Shown: positions 51,374 to 64,000 of the stretch, piece by piece | How the letters are laid out: each line of letters opens with the position of its first letter | Position numbering within the stretch: position 1 is the stretch's first letter | Assembly (NCBI GenBank): GCA_030141605.1 | Contig: JAQGDQ010000143.1 | Span: 62,001 to 126,000 of the forward strand | DNA: 64,000 bases | Reading direction: 5' to 3' | From: Tubiluchus corallicola | Taxonomy: Eukaryota > Animalia > Priapulida | The notes under the pieces: generated by a model | What the model was told of the DNA's origin: nothing | The model's database searches: none | The model's input: only the letters and a program-made list of their open reading frames with translations | Made by a program: the position numbers and the translations under genes

Positions 51374-52033
51374 TCAGGACCATTTTAGCGCATGGGTACG
51401 CTGGGCAGTTGTCTGAGGGCTCCACAAGCATAGTCATGTTATTCTGTGTATTTGTGACACTGCTGTCAATAAATAAGTCCTAGTACCATATTAAATATTG
51501 TATTTGTGAAACTTTCCCTGCATTGTACAGAAAATATTTTTGGTCATCTTAAAATCTGTGTCTCCTAATGTTGAAACTGCACTCAGAGTGTTCATGTGCC
51601 TCACGTCGATCAATTGTGCAGGAGACTTCAATTTCAAGACTGCACAATAAGGCAGCAGCATTTGCACTGGCTTTCACCCATGTATGGAAAATGACATCCT
51701 GAAGACCTTTTACTTCAGACCAATTATAAAACAGTTCTTTACAAAGAAGTTATGCAAATGTTATGCTGTGCTGTCTCCACCTGTATGCAATTGAGTGTCA
51801 TTTATATGCTGAAATTTTTGTGTTTTTCAAGGCTCATGTAATATTGTTGAAATATTTGCTGTAGAACATGTTTTTTAATGCTTAAACATTGATTTTGTTG
51901 GAAATGCCAATATGATAAATATATGTTTATTTTTAACGACCTTTTAAATTTTTATTCCTTTGAGTTGTATAAGTACTGGGCTGCTAGCGCCCTGCTTTGC
52001 TTTGGGGTCTATAATGCTGTTAAGACAGCTCTG
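51374..52033. mobile_element. Possible decayed MITE with imperfect terminal inverted repeats
   Basis: Left CAGGACCATTTTAGCGCAT versus the reverse complement of the right end, CAGAGCTGTCTTAACAGCAT. Confidence 0.3.
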
Positions 52034-52619
52034 TTGGGCTTCATCTTGTCACATTTCCTGTCCTTGGAGATTGTTTTCTTAAACTATTATGATCTGTAGT
52101 ACCTCTCACTAGAGTAAACTAGTAAGTTTTTTTGCTAGTTTCTTTGCTTTGGTATGTATTCATAGACACTGATGAATTAAGTCGTAATTACAATTAAGAC
52201 AGTCCTGATTTATTTTTATTGTAAAATAATTACTTTGGTGTTTGCTAGCTTTATTTTTTCTGCTTTTTCATCTGTACCTGAGATAGTAAATACCATTTTT
52301 TGACTTTTTAGAGATGAACAGTATTTACTGTTTTATGAACATTTTTTATATACTAATTGGACTTTCTTGTACTGTGCAGCAGCATGTATTCTATGAATGG
52401 AATATTGCATAGAATTGCAATACAGCAGTGAGAAATATTGCATAATTTATGTGTACTCCCAAGCTCATTTTGTTTGCTCTTAAGCTTGTCAAATTTCTTG
52501 TGATAAAGAGTAAAATGGAATTGTGACAATAGTTAAACTGCAATGATTTTAGAGGTCTCTTTTCGCTATTAAAACTGAAACAACATGAATAAAGCGATTA
52601 ATTTTGTCTCTGCTCGTAG

Positions 52620-52733
52620 GTATGGCCAGGCATTACTGCATTTCCCGATTTTACTCATCCAAGAGCTGAGGAGTACTGGAGCAAACAGATTGCTGATTTT
52701 CACAAAGTTCTTGATTTTGACGGCTTGTGGATT
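52620..52733 (+). CDS. GAA: GAA-like exon 8
   Basis: VWPGITAFPDFTHP...FDGLWI. Confidence 0.95.
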
Positions 52734-53591
52734 GTAAGTGCACATTTTTCATGCTAGTTTCAGTTCAAAGTTGTGAAGATAAACGCAAATCGTTTAAGGT
52801 ACTTCAAAGCTATAGTCAGAGGCATGTATCCTGCACATTATTTTCACACCTTGCACTGCCCATAAGAAGAATTGTATAAGCTGTTTTTTCTTAACTAGTG
52901 TTCAGTTCTTGGTTGCTGATAGTTACAAAATTAATGGATCCTTATTGTTTTTTTACAATATCATGCCAAATGATTTTGGAATTTAACTTAACTGTAAAAA
53001 TAAGCTTTACAGTTTTTACTTGTTGTTTGTGAACTAGAGTGTAGCTATCACTATGATAAGTATTTATTCACTAAATGTGACAGCATTAGATTTTTTTATT
53101 TTTATATAAGTACTTTATAACATACACAGAGTAGAAAACCAGGAGCTTTTTTATCTGTTTGGTTTTGCAAGCTTGCATACAAATTGTGTGGTGTTTTTAG
53201 TAATTGAGCAACTGTGGTTAATGATTCACTGCTTACATAATTATATGTATTAGGCATCTTACTTTATTATTCGGCTTCTACTTGATTTTGTTTTGTGTGA
53301 TAATTTTTTTTTAAAATATGGAACGTTTGTTGTGAATCACATTTGTGAAGCAATATTGCATATGTGAAGCAGCATTAGTTTTTTTATTTACCATTAATGT
53401 TGTTGTTTTTCTTCGAAATTAATAATGAAATCAAGTGACTGTATGATAGATCTATTGTCTTCTGTCTTACAAATTTGTGCTGCTCATTTTGTTTTGACTT
53501 GAACACAATTTTGTCATAGTAGTAATTTTTTTTAGCAAACCCTTCATATTGCCACTTGTATCACATTTTAATGTTGTGTTATATTATACAG

Positions 53592-53679
53592 GATATGAAT
53601 GAACCAGCCAGCTCAGTCCCCGGCTCCGTCTACGGCTGTGATGAGAACAGTACATTTGACTATCCTATATATACACCAG
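53592..53679 (+). CDS. GAA: GAA-like exon 9 (catalytic nucleophile Asp)
   Basis: DMNEPASSVPGSVYGC...YPIYTP, completing WIDMNE. Confidence 0.95.
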
Positions 53680-54020
53680 GTCAGTTTATGCAATTTAGAC
53701 AAACATTTTAAGCATCCTTAAGTGAACACATGCTTTCTTTATCATTTTCTAAAAGTTATTTATACTGTTCATCAGTCTAGAAGCTGGGATTTATTACTCA
53801 ACAACAGAGTTTGTTTAATGTTAATGGTTATGGCAAGACCGGAGCCTTGATATTTGCCAAGAATTGTGCTCTTATATGAGGCACTCAACCTGTCTTAGTT
53901 CTGTTTAGATTTTTTAGCCTGAAGCCCTGAACTTGGCAAATAACTATGATATCATGGCAAATGAAACTGCCCAAGATCATTACAATGGTTCTTGTATTTA
54001 CTGACTACACTCTGTACTTA

Positions 54021-54242
54021 TTAACTTTAGTCATTAATTCACAAGAAAACTTTCACTTACGTAAAGCTTAAAACTTACATGCTATCTTATTGCATACAAT
54101 AATGCTGTATAAAACGTGAAAATTTAATGTGCTGGTTAACTTTAGTCATTAATTCACAAGAAAACCTTCACTTATGTAAAGCTTAAGACTTACATGCTAT
54201 CTTATTGCATACAGTAATGCTGTATGAAACGTGAAAATTTAT
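54021..54242. repeat. Intronic tandem duplication, two copies, 115-bp period
   Basis: TTAACTTTAGTCATTAATTCACAAGAAAAC...GTGAAAATTTA at 54021 and 54136. Confidence 0.9.
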
Positions 54243-54861
54243 ACTCCCGCATTGACCGTTCGGCATGGCCATTTTGACGATAAGTTATTTAAAATAAGTT
54301 TAGATAACATTGAGTAAAGTTTGAAAATATAATCACGGCATTTGTAGCACACCCTTCACTAACTAAGCAAAATTTTAAATTACAGTACCCTTCATTAACC
54401 CCTTTTCTGGTTCTTTAAGCAACATTGCAACCACTCATCTATTTTTGCTCTTTCCAATTCCCAGTCCTAGGGAGATGTATTGTTCTGCACATAGTTTAAG
54501 TTATTTAAGTTGGCACAAAATCACTGATTAGAATATTAAAAACATTGACACAAAAGCGTTGAAAGAAATGAAAGATTTAATGTTTTGGTAATGAACTTAT
54601 TGTATTTGCAAGATGAAAATGATTCTGAAGCCTGCCTTACATGTGTATAAAATCTCTTTACCATGTGCATAGTTTGCTACTAGGTTTCCAACTTTTTAAC
54701 TGAGGTCATTTCCATAAAGCTTTTCCAATTAGATAGACCTAATACTCATGCTGTGGAGAATACAAATGATTAAATAGAAGCATGTTATAAAAATGTGTAA
54801 AAACTTAATGTAATTTTATTTTGTTTGCTACTGCAACTTAAGTACCGATTTGTATGTTTAG

Positions 54862-54979
54862 GTATAGTAGACGAATCGCTACTACAGCGCACGCTTTGCC
54901 CCTCAGCTAAGCAGTATGCCGGTTCCCATTATAATCTCCACAGCTTATACGGCCTTACAGAAATGCGAATTACTCAAAG
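54862..54979 (+). CDS. GAA: GAA-like exon 10a (duplicate pair 2)
   Basis: GIVDESLLQRTLCPSAKQYAGSHYNLHSLYGLTEMRITQ; 118 nt. Confidence 0.9.
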
Positions 54980-55037
54980 GTGAGAAATAGTTTTTCTCAG
55001 TTATCTTGTTATAAGGTTTATGTTTTTGCATGTGTAG

Positions 55038-55155
55038 GTATAGCAGACGAATCACTACTGCAAGCCACACTTTGCCCTTCAGCTAAGCAGTATGCTGGTT
55101 CCCATTATAATCTGCACAGTTTGTATGGCCTTACCGAAATGCGAGTTACGCAGAG
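55038..55155 (+). CDS. GAA: GAA-like exon 10b (duplicate pair 2)
   Basis: GIADESLLQATLCPSAKQYAGSHYNLHSLYGLTEMRVTQ; 118 nt. Confidence 0.9.
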
Positions 55156-55537
55156 GTGAGAATGAACTTGTCTGCATTGCAGACGCACATTAAATTATTT
55201 CGTCTGAATGTTTTGACAAAGCACAAGTTTATTTTGAACAAGACGTGTTACATGCAAAAGCAAGTGAAGATTCGATAAAGCGATAAAATGTGATCGTGCA
55301 TTGGTGCCAAGTTGCCAATGTTTTTTTTGCAAATTCTTATAAATTGCTTTAGTTTTTGCAGATTTAGTAACATCACCTATTACAATTAGGTATTGTTATT
55401 TAGAAGGCGCAAAAAAATAGCTATGCTAATGAAAAAAGGGGTAAAGCACTAATTATCTATCAACCTATGATTAACTATCTAAGTTAAATTAACAAGTTTT
55501 AATGATAGGTAAGTGAAGTGTCTATGTTTGTTTTCAG

Positions 55538-55671
55538 TGCTTTGCTTAGCTTAACAGGGAAAAGGCCATTTATCATTTCTCGCTCATCGTATGCCAGTGC
55601 TGGCAAACATGGAGGACACTGGTTAGGAGACAATGCAAGCCAGTGGAAGGATATGTATCTTTCTATACCAG
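55538..55671 (+). CDS. GAA: GAA-like exon 11 (acid/base Asp)
   Basis: GKRPFIISRSSYASAGKHGGHWLGDN. Confidence 0.95.
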
Positions 55672-55902
55672 GTATGAATCCAATTCCAAGCCTGGTGTAG
55701 ATCTTATTTAAATGGCATAAGGAATTTTGTGTCATTAGTTTTGTTAACAGTAGGGTTAATCTACTACATCGAACATATGTTTTTTTGTTATAAGCTACCT
55801 TGCTTTACATTTAATAAACTCTACTAAAATTAATTAAATCTGTTTAATTCAGTTTCTTATAATTTTGTTTGGACAGACTCGTTAGGTTGACTGTTTTTGT
55901 AA

Positions 55903-56097
<195 letters not shown>

Positions 56098-56639
56098 TAA
56101 TTACATTCAGATGAAATATTTCTGGCAGAGTCAAATTTTTGTAAAAAGTACAAGGAGTTGTAACATGAACTAAAGAAATGTAAACACTGTAAAGCAGTGC
56201 CACAGATGGGTTCTATCTGTTAGTGCCAGACAAACAAAAAAAACGAAAACTGAAGTTATATTGAAATTTGTTAATTATATTTTCACATATTAACATGAAT
56301 TCATATCAAAATTAAATAAAAGTTGTGTATTTGCCTTACTTCCTGAGCGATTTGTTAAAGTAGCTGTTTTTGTAAACTATCCAAATTGGTTTCATTACTT
56401 ACAGTCTTTGGTATTTGCAAAAGAGCGTTTATCCTTGCAATTATGTGTAAGAGTGCTATGTGCTACTGTAATGATTTAAGGTAAAAATATAAATAATCGT
56501 CAGTATAGTTTAAATTATCTGAAGGGCGTATTCTAAGAATACAAAAGTCAGTCATTTCTTTAATCGATATGCTAAAGTTAGACAAATGATATAAAATCAA
56601 GAATTAGCAATAGCAATCCTTTATTTTTACTGATGCTGA

Positions 56640-56837
<198 letters not shown>

Positions 56838-56949
56838 TAAGTAAAAGTCATTCGATTAAGGTGATATCATGTAGGACACGTAAAAATTATATTTCAGTAA
56901 GAAGTGTGACTTCATTTACAAATTATTTTTGCCCTTTTTGTTATTTCAG

Positions 56950-57034
56950 ATTTCCTACTGAGCAGATAACGTACAGCATTGATAAGCAGTTTATGTGGGG
57001 TGAAGCTTTGCTCATTTCACCTGTTCTTACTCAG
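56950..57034 (+). CDS. GAA: GAA-like exon 14
   Basis: FPTEQITYSIDKQFMWGEALLISPVLTQ. Confidence 0.93.
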
Positions 57035-57901
57035 GTAATTTATTCGAGACGACGCTACCCATTTAAAACTTTATCTTTGTGCCTGAGAAAAATTCACAAG
57101 ATTTTTGTTTTTGTTGTTGTTATTTTTGTTATTTCTTTCTGTAAAAGCTTTGCAATTAAATCCCGATTCTATTTTCTACGCTGGACATATCATGCAGCTG
57201 GCCCATACATACTCCCATGCGTACTAGATAAATCCGGGGTATGTCATTTATTTTTACACAGTGCTTGGAACCTTGCTGAAGCTCATTGTCTTTGACAGTG
57301 CACATGCATTAGCACAGCAGGCAAAGTCAGTGTAAAATAAATGTGTTTGCTTAGTTTTTGCACTAAATTACGATAGTTTATGCAGTTAAAGAAAACATAA
57401 CTTTTTAGGTGTTTCACAATATTGTGAATCAGTCTATGCTCACAGCATACAAATTTCAGTAAAAGTTTTGGTATTTAGTAGCAAAAAATGATATGATATG
57501 GCAACCACGAGTTATTGGCAAGCTAGGCCAAAGTGTTGATGATCACTGACATACTTCATTTAGCATAGTTTCATAGTCATAATCAAACCAAAGATATTAC
57601 TGTATGCAAAAATACGTCATATTGTTACATGTCTTCATATTTGCAAAACTGCAAAAACTGAGATTCTGCCTGCTATTATACGTGAGAGTTAATGGATAAA
57701 ACTATTGAACTTTACAAGGCTTTTTAATCTGTATTGGTAGTGCTGAAAGTAACAAACACTGTTGTGAGATGTTGAAAAGCAGAACAACAGATATGGAATG
57801 TTTTTTGTTTTTTCAATAACAATTATGCATTAATGACGTTTTTCATTATAAATATCTTATGAATGAAGCTCATTATTTGCATTAGTTTAATTTTACTATA
57901 G

Positions 57902-58083
57902 GGAGATCTGATGGTGGTGGCATATTTTCCTATTGGTAGATGGTACAATTTGTTCACTAATGAAACCGTTCACTCAAACGGTCAATACCAAATGCTAGAT
58001 GCTCCTTTGGACACAATTAATGTGCACCTACGAGAGGGCTACATTGTGCCAACACAGGATCCTGCTGTTACCACGACACAAAG
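57902..58083 (+). CDS. GAA: GAA-like exon 15
   Basis: AYFPIGRWYNL...LDAPLDTINVHLREGYIVPTQDPAVTTTQ. Confidence 0.93.
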
Positions 58084-58881
58084 GTATGTGCCAATTCTAT
58101 TCATGTTTTTGACTTTGTTACTTGTTTTCTTTTTGATTTTTTCTACAAAGTACATGGTCAAATCTACTCGAACCATTTTCATCGACAAGTGTATAATGCA
58201 GTAAATGCTCCTTAATAGGAATCCTAGTTAAAGGTCTTTAGGATTAAGAATATTTTGGCCCAATTAACTGATTAGTTAGTTCATGTGCATCAAGAATGCT
58301 CTCAGCAACTGTCTTGATCATGAAAAACTATGTTGCCTAGTGGTCAAGATGTTGGCTTTGTAGTGTAAAATGTCCCTGGTTTAAATCCAGGCTTGGTCTT
58401 GATTATTGTCGCATTTCCATCCTTTCGGTAAGATTTGGTTATAAAAATTTACTGATTGTAGATCATTTCTCATAATTTGCTATAACTGTTGAAGTGGTTA
58501 ATCTCTCGTCTCGTGTCTGTTGTAGCTACCTATATTTTCTTGCTAACGAGCAAATGATTTTTTTACAGTGTGTTTAGTAATGCTTAAAATACAGCTGCTA
58601 AAACTATCATTTCATAATGTCAAAGACTGGCTAACGAAATTTATCTAGCATTGCCTTACTTTTACTCTGATATATAATTTTGTCTACTTGGCAGAGAAAC
58701 AGCAAATATAATTGTGGTAGGTGGAGTCTTTGGTATGAATTTTTTGCAGAGTTGAACTCACACCTTCCAGATGGTACGTAACCAGTTAAGTTATACCATT
58801 GGTAACCCTTTTCTATATTGTTTCATGTATATATGCAGCGTATACAAAAGATAATGCAGCATAGATCTTTGATTTTTTTAG

Positions 58882-59020
58882 CCGCAAGAATAATTTTGGA
58901 TTGTTAGTCGGGCTTCCCTCATCAGGCATTGCCACAGGGCATCTGTTTTGGGATGATGGTGAAACAATAAACACGTTTGAGTCTGGTAGCTACAATTCCG
59001 TCCGTTTTAATGCATCGCTG
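58882..59020 (+). CDS. GAA: GAA-like exon 16
   Basis: RKNNFGLLVGL...ATGHLFWDDGET. Confidence 0.92.
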
Positions 59021-59636
59021 GTATTTGCTTTACACTTTACTACCTTTCTTGCATTTTTAAAATTAGAGATTGTAGTTTGTTTAATTGTGCTTGGATAATT
59101 ATTGTGCATTATTTAATAATTAATATTATTTAGTGATATTTGATAATAGCCGTTATTAGCATTGCACTGCCATATCTTTTTATTTACTATTTTGCAATCT
59201 AATTTAAAACTTAGAAAACACAACACGAAAACACAATTAGAATACACATACAATAATTGGAAAGTTTTACCCATGTTCGCTTGTTTTCCTCGATCGACTT
59301 GTGAAACTAACAGAAAAAATATAAGTGGAAAGCTATTATTCTTTCTTTCCATGAAACAATTCTAACTAAATCTTTGTTCTATTTTGTAGTTTAATACTGT
59401 AATTTCGTGATTTCTTGTGCAACAGCTTTTGCTTACACTTTTTGTAATACTGCTTTTTCATTCAGGATTCCGCACAAGGCCTGGAATAAAATCACACACT
59501 GCGAGTTAGGAAAATATGCTGGCAAATTTGTGTTGGAATTTAAGGTGTTCACACTGTAACGTCCCTGTTTAGAAACATAAACCAAGTTGATAACTGACAG
59601 TGATTCATATGATTCATAATTTAATATTGTATGCAG

Positions 59637-59786
59637 GCTGATGGCATAATGACAACCGTAACACACACTGGTTTTCCCACAAGTATGGTTTTGGGGTCTG
59701 TTAATGTGTATGGTATGGAGCCAGGACCTCTATCTGTTACAGTAAATGGAAAGCCAGCCAGCTACCAGTATGATGCTTCAAAACAG
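59637..59786 (+). CDS. GAA: GAA-like exon 17
   Basis: LGSVNVYGMEPGPLSVTVNGKPASYQYDASKQ|gtaaga. Confidence 0.9.
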
Positions 59787-60627
59787 GTAAGATTATGTGG
59801 GAGTATTGAACAATGGGAAAAATTTTTGCTGCATTGCGGATAGCCGTGATAAGTTGATCATAGTAAGCAGCGATAGGTGTATTATTAAACCTGGCTAGAA
59901 TTTTCCTGCCCTGAAATACAAACAAAAGCTTTCACTGTAGTTAGAAGTCTGATTTTCCTTAAGCATACTGCAGGTGTTGCTGACTGTGATGGCTATTGCT
60001 GTTAAGGTGTAAAATGACATTCTCCTCAGGCATAGTAAATGCCGATAATTGCAGAACCAAGTCATTTGCAGAGTGTTGATCTTTCATTTGTTTTGTTCCT
60101 CTTCATCAGTGGGCTGATAAATATATAGTTTTCAATGTCCTGCTTTGTTGTTACCCTTCATACGTGCTTAACAGTCTTCCTTTAAAATTTGTGTAATCTA
60201 ATTTAGTCTAAAGTCAAAACAAAAAATGGTCTAAGCAAGTATATAAGTATAGGTCCCGTAAAGGTTGTCCCAATAAATGCTGATCGTGTAGTAGTTTTTA
60301 AGCTAATTGTTTGCGCAGTGTTAGACAGGCCACCACTCAACACTGTTTAGTCACCACATGAGCTGTTGTATCTACCACATGAATTCTTGCTGTCTTTCAA
60401 ACTTTAATTCAGCATGTTTGCGCCTAGCACAATGATAGTTTTGAATCACTAATCAAAAACAAAGTTGGTGATCAAATCATTACAGCTTTAGCTACCTAAA
60501 ATGATTTTTATCTTTTACAAGATTTACAAGACAATAATTTTGTCCAAGTTTAATAACCATCAAACTGACAAAATATAGTTTATTAAGCCTCTTTTTATAG
60601 CTTCTAAATACTGAAATATTTTTACAG

Positions 60628-60708
60628 TTGCTGCGATTGTATGAGATATCTGAGGATTTCCTAAAACCAATTTCCATTCTGTGGAGGCTACCAGAAAGAA
60701 AAATTTGA
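60628..60708 (+). CDS. GAA: GAA-like terminal exon 18
   Basis: tttttacag|LLRLYEISEDFLKPISILWRLPERKI*; hydrophobic pattern and Trp match GH31 C-termini; AATAAA at ~61957. Confidence 0.75.
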   Translation: MLRLYEISEDFLKPISILWRLPERKI

Positions 60709-62449
60709 TCAGAATTAAAGAGCTTGAAAGGTAAATTGTAGAAGGTAAAGAAATCAAAACCAAATTGAGTAACATTTAATTTGTGTGCATGTTTTTTACA
60801 TTTTAACCTAGAACGATGTGCATATAATCTGATGTTATAGTATTTTAAGTAATCGTTTTGCAATTGTGGGCTCTCAACGGAAATTGTAATTAAGTTTCAA
60901 GTACATCAATATATACTTCCTATTTTTAAAAAAAAGAATGAAAAATGTAGAAAAGTTACTGAAATTTTCAATGTTTTTAACACTGCAAGTTTAGTAATTA
61001 TGAAGTAATTAATCAAATCAGTATTTAATTATCTTATCGCTCTTTCTGTTTTCTATGTGTAAAATACTTGCTTCTTTTCGATGTTCTTTGCTGTAGGATA
61101 TTTTTGTTGACTATTTTCTTGTTGATCATTAAAAACTATTTACCATTTGCAACTTAGAAGTTCTTAAGTCTCCTTTTAATTAAGGAGGTTAGCACACGAT
61201 ATTACTTCTCCTGTTACAATTATAGCTGCCTTAAAAACAAAATTATGTTCTTCATGTAATTTATGTAATTTTTTGCCTATTATTCATTTGGAATTAAAGG
61301 AATTATGTGTGTTAAAATCGTGTAATTTTCCATCTTGAAAAGAGTCTCCAGGTCTTCTAAGTTCATAATTGAGCTAATTGTTTGTTATGTCAAGTGTAAC
61401 TACTTCCATTCATTAAATTAATGAATGTGGTGCATTATGTGTGTGTGCAAGACTTCAATGAAAATTTTGTAGCTTTGCTGACTAATTAGGGAAAGATGTC
61501 GTCAAGGTTAAATATCATGTTTTTAGCTGTTTCTAGCATGTGCTTGGAATTAATTAGAATCGTTCTGAAATTTGTTTGAAAGGAATTACAATTGTATAAA
61601 TAATGTATGCCTATGTAATCAATCACTGTTTGAATTCCAATTGATGTTAGCACAGCAAGCTAAACTAGTGCTTGGAGTATATGTATGTGATATAACATAG
61701 TATTACATTATTTCCCTATAGGCCTTTGTAAAAGTTCAAGAATTGTCTGTGATACCTACAGTAGTTAATCAATCTGTCTGCAGAAAATTTCCAAGTATTG
61801 TGTTTATGATGTGTAATTCAACATTGTCGTTGCCATACATGTGTAAGCATGATGGATTGCCATGGTCATGTAATGTATAAATGTGGATTGTGTACATGAA
61901 GTGGGACATTAGATTACTGTACAATGAATCGTGCCAATATGAATATGTAAATGTACAATAAATTTAGATATATTTAATAACAATATGTTATTTACTGCTT
62001 TGCTTACTTTTTTACTTATTCACTGTTTATCAGAGTAACATATAGGTAATAATAATCAGGATCACCTTGGAAATAAGTATCAAGTTACTAGAGGTGTTAT
62101 TCCTGGACAATATTATACGTAAACGAAAGTATTACATTACCGATGTGAGCATTACTCAAGCAAGTCAGCAGTAAAAAGTAACTAGGTCATGTAATTGACA
62201 ATCAAAGAAGAGACGCAAAGATGTCGAGAGAACACTCTCTTTTTTATTTCGGATCAAACTGTGACAGACACAAACGAATTTTATTTATGTCTTTTGCAAA
62301 TTCTTATTGATGTGCACTTTGGCATAAGTTTTACTACGATAGTTTTAAACATGATTAGCTAATGTTTTAGGAAGAGAGAAAGTCACCAGGCATGAATGCA
62401 CTTACAGTGGCCCACATTAAGTAGTTATTTCTATTAAATTTACAAAAAG

Positions 62450-63420
62450 ATTAAAATCAAATGAAAAAAGAACGTAAGTTGTTAGCATTGATAATCTCCG
62501 AAGGTAAACTGTTCCACATATCGATCACCCTGTTTGTAAAAGAGTAGTTAAAACCATCAATACGACAATAATTTTGTACAACTTGTAACTATGGCCTCTT
62601 AATCCGAGACTAGGTGTGTAGGTAAAAAAAATCGTTAAAACGTAGATCTATAAGTGCATGACACATTTTGTGCACCAATTTCATATCAAAAATAAAACGT
62701 CTGGTTTCAAATGGTCTAGTCTACTAAAATAGTTAACATAAGGTAACCCACATTTCGCATATGACCGTTTTGTAACATATTTTTGTACTCGCTCGATTTT
62801 ATTAATCATAGTAATGAGGATTACAGCAATGCAATATTACTGGGGTGTAATATTCCAGCAAAGGTCGAACGAATGACTTATACGATGTTAAAAGAGCGTC
62901 AATGTTATTGTAACAAAGCAGCGAAAAATCGTATTTGCTACTTTAAAAGCTTTGGCGACCTGCTCAGCACAGTAAATTGAAAATTTTAGTAACACCCAAG
63001 TCTCTACAATAGTATTCGCTGGTAACTGCTTGTCCTTTAATACGTAATGAAAATGGGGATTACTGCTTCCTGTGTGAATGAGTACACACTTATGAGCTGC
63101 AAAGGAAAACGCATACTTCATAAACAACCTTTTGAGTGTTCTTTCAGAGGCATATGTCTTAATCTCGATGTACCCTGTAATAGCCCCTATTTTGTAATTA
63201 ATTAACGGAAAAAGAATTTCTGTCTAAAATGCTGCTAATTGGCGCAACTGTTTGATAAATGAGATTTTTAACAGTGATTGTATCATTTTGTCTAAATTTT
63301 ATCACTGCTGGATAAATCAGCTGTGTACAGACATCTGTTAGTTTTACAGCTATGTACACATATTTTATGGAGTTTTTTAATCTGCAAATCATTTTATTGC
63401 TGTAGTATTTTATGTACATG
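62450..63420 (-). mobile_element. 5'-truncated, decayed CR1/L2-type LINE (ORF2 C-terminal part)
   Basis: Minus-strand peptides KCVLIHTGSSNP, VAKAFKVANTIFRCF, YKSFVRPLLEY, IERVQK, ETRRFIFDMKLVHK, RGHSYKLYK and FTNRVIDMWNSLPSEII in the expected order. Confidence 0.88.
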
Positions 63421-64000
63421 TATGTGTGAAGTAGTGGTTTCTGTTGTATATATGTAGCAGTGTTTATTGTATATGTGTATTGATATGTGTTTTTGCCCGG
63501 AAAGAACTTCTCATCGATTTATCTGTTTTTATCAAGGCTGAATGGCTGCAGGTGAAGTTGCCATTGGCTGGTGGGCCTGTTGAGTATCCTTCCTTTGCCT
63601 CTTCGATAAAAACATTTAAAATAGTTGAAAAACTGATTTCAAATATGTGTGTTATTACTAAAATTGTTTTTCAGTCAGCTTAATAATAATGATTAATTCT
63701 TGTCAAAATTTGTTTCTTGTACATACGCATACACATGCAAATCGATAGTAAAAATAAATAAAAAACAGCACAGACACGGAAGAAAGAACCAATATTGGCA
63801 CCCTCTAAAGTCTGACCTATCTACGATACTTTTAGATAAACTGCGAACGTAAGCACAGCGCTAGTTGTCTCCTAAAAGGTCAAAATGAATGCTTTCATTT
63901 GTTCTTATTTGTTCCAAGGCCTATTAAGAAACGGATTATTATTATCTACGAATGGTAACAATATTATTATTTCCGACGCTTCAGGCAGATAAGAGAAAAT

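Noticed and set aside
61722-61880. Alternative GAA last exon (ccctatag|AFVKVQELSV...); also 59974-60012
   Set aside because: No resemblance to GH31 C-termini, whereas 60628-60708 fits; probably 3' UTR and intron respectively.
63444-63683. Plus-strand ORF faintly like an RT motif (FKIVEKLI...QSA), suggesting an inverted LINE 5' piece
   Set aside because: Similarity too weak to support without an alignment.

Overview
AT-rich eukaryotic genomic DNA from an intron-rich animal, probably an invertebrate; the species cannot be determined from this window. It contains four host genes. (1) An SLC26 (prestin/pendrin-like) anion transporter on the minus strand, almost entirely in one 2.26-kb coding exon and apparently nested antisense in a large intron of gene 2. 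(2) The 3' part of a FUBP1/KHSRP/PSI-type KH-domain RNA-binding gene (10 exons, 13579-23576), with a 14 x ~130-bp satellite in one intron. (3) A two-exon C16orf96/QRICH2-like coiled-coil gene on the minus strand, with RFX X-box and CRE motifs upstream. (4) A complete lysosomal alpha-glucosidase (GAA-like, GH31) gene, 43032-60708. Between genes 3 and 4 lies a full-length but decayed Ty3/Gypsy LTR retrotransposon (33582-41016, minus). A CR1/L2-type LINE remnant lies near the right end. The two most notable observations are two pairs of tandem-duplicated, apparently mutually exclusive exons in the GH31 catalytic domain (one pair recodes active-site-lining residues), and an extra, splice-acceptor-preceded C2H2 zinc-finger/coiled-coil ORF in the env position of the Gypsy element. 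All exon boundaries were read by eye and have no transcript support.
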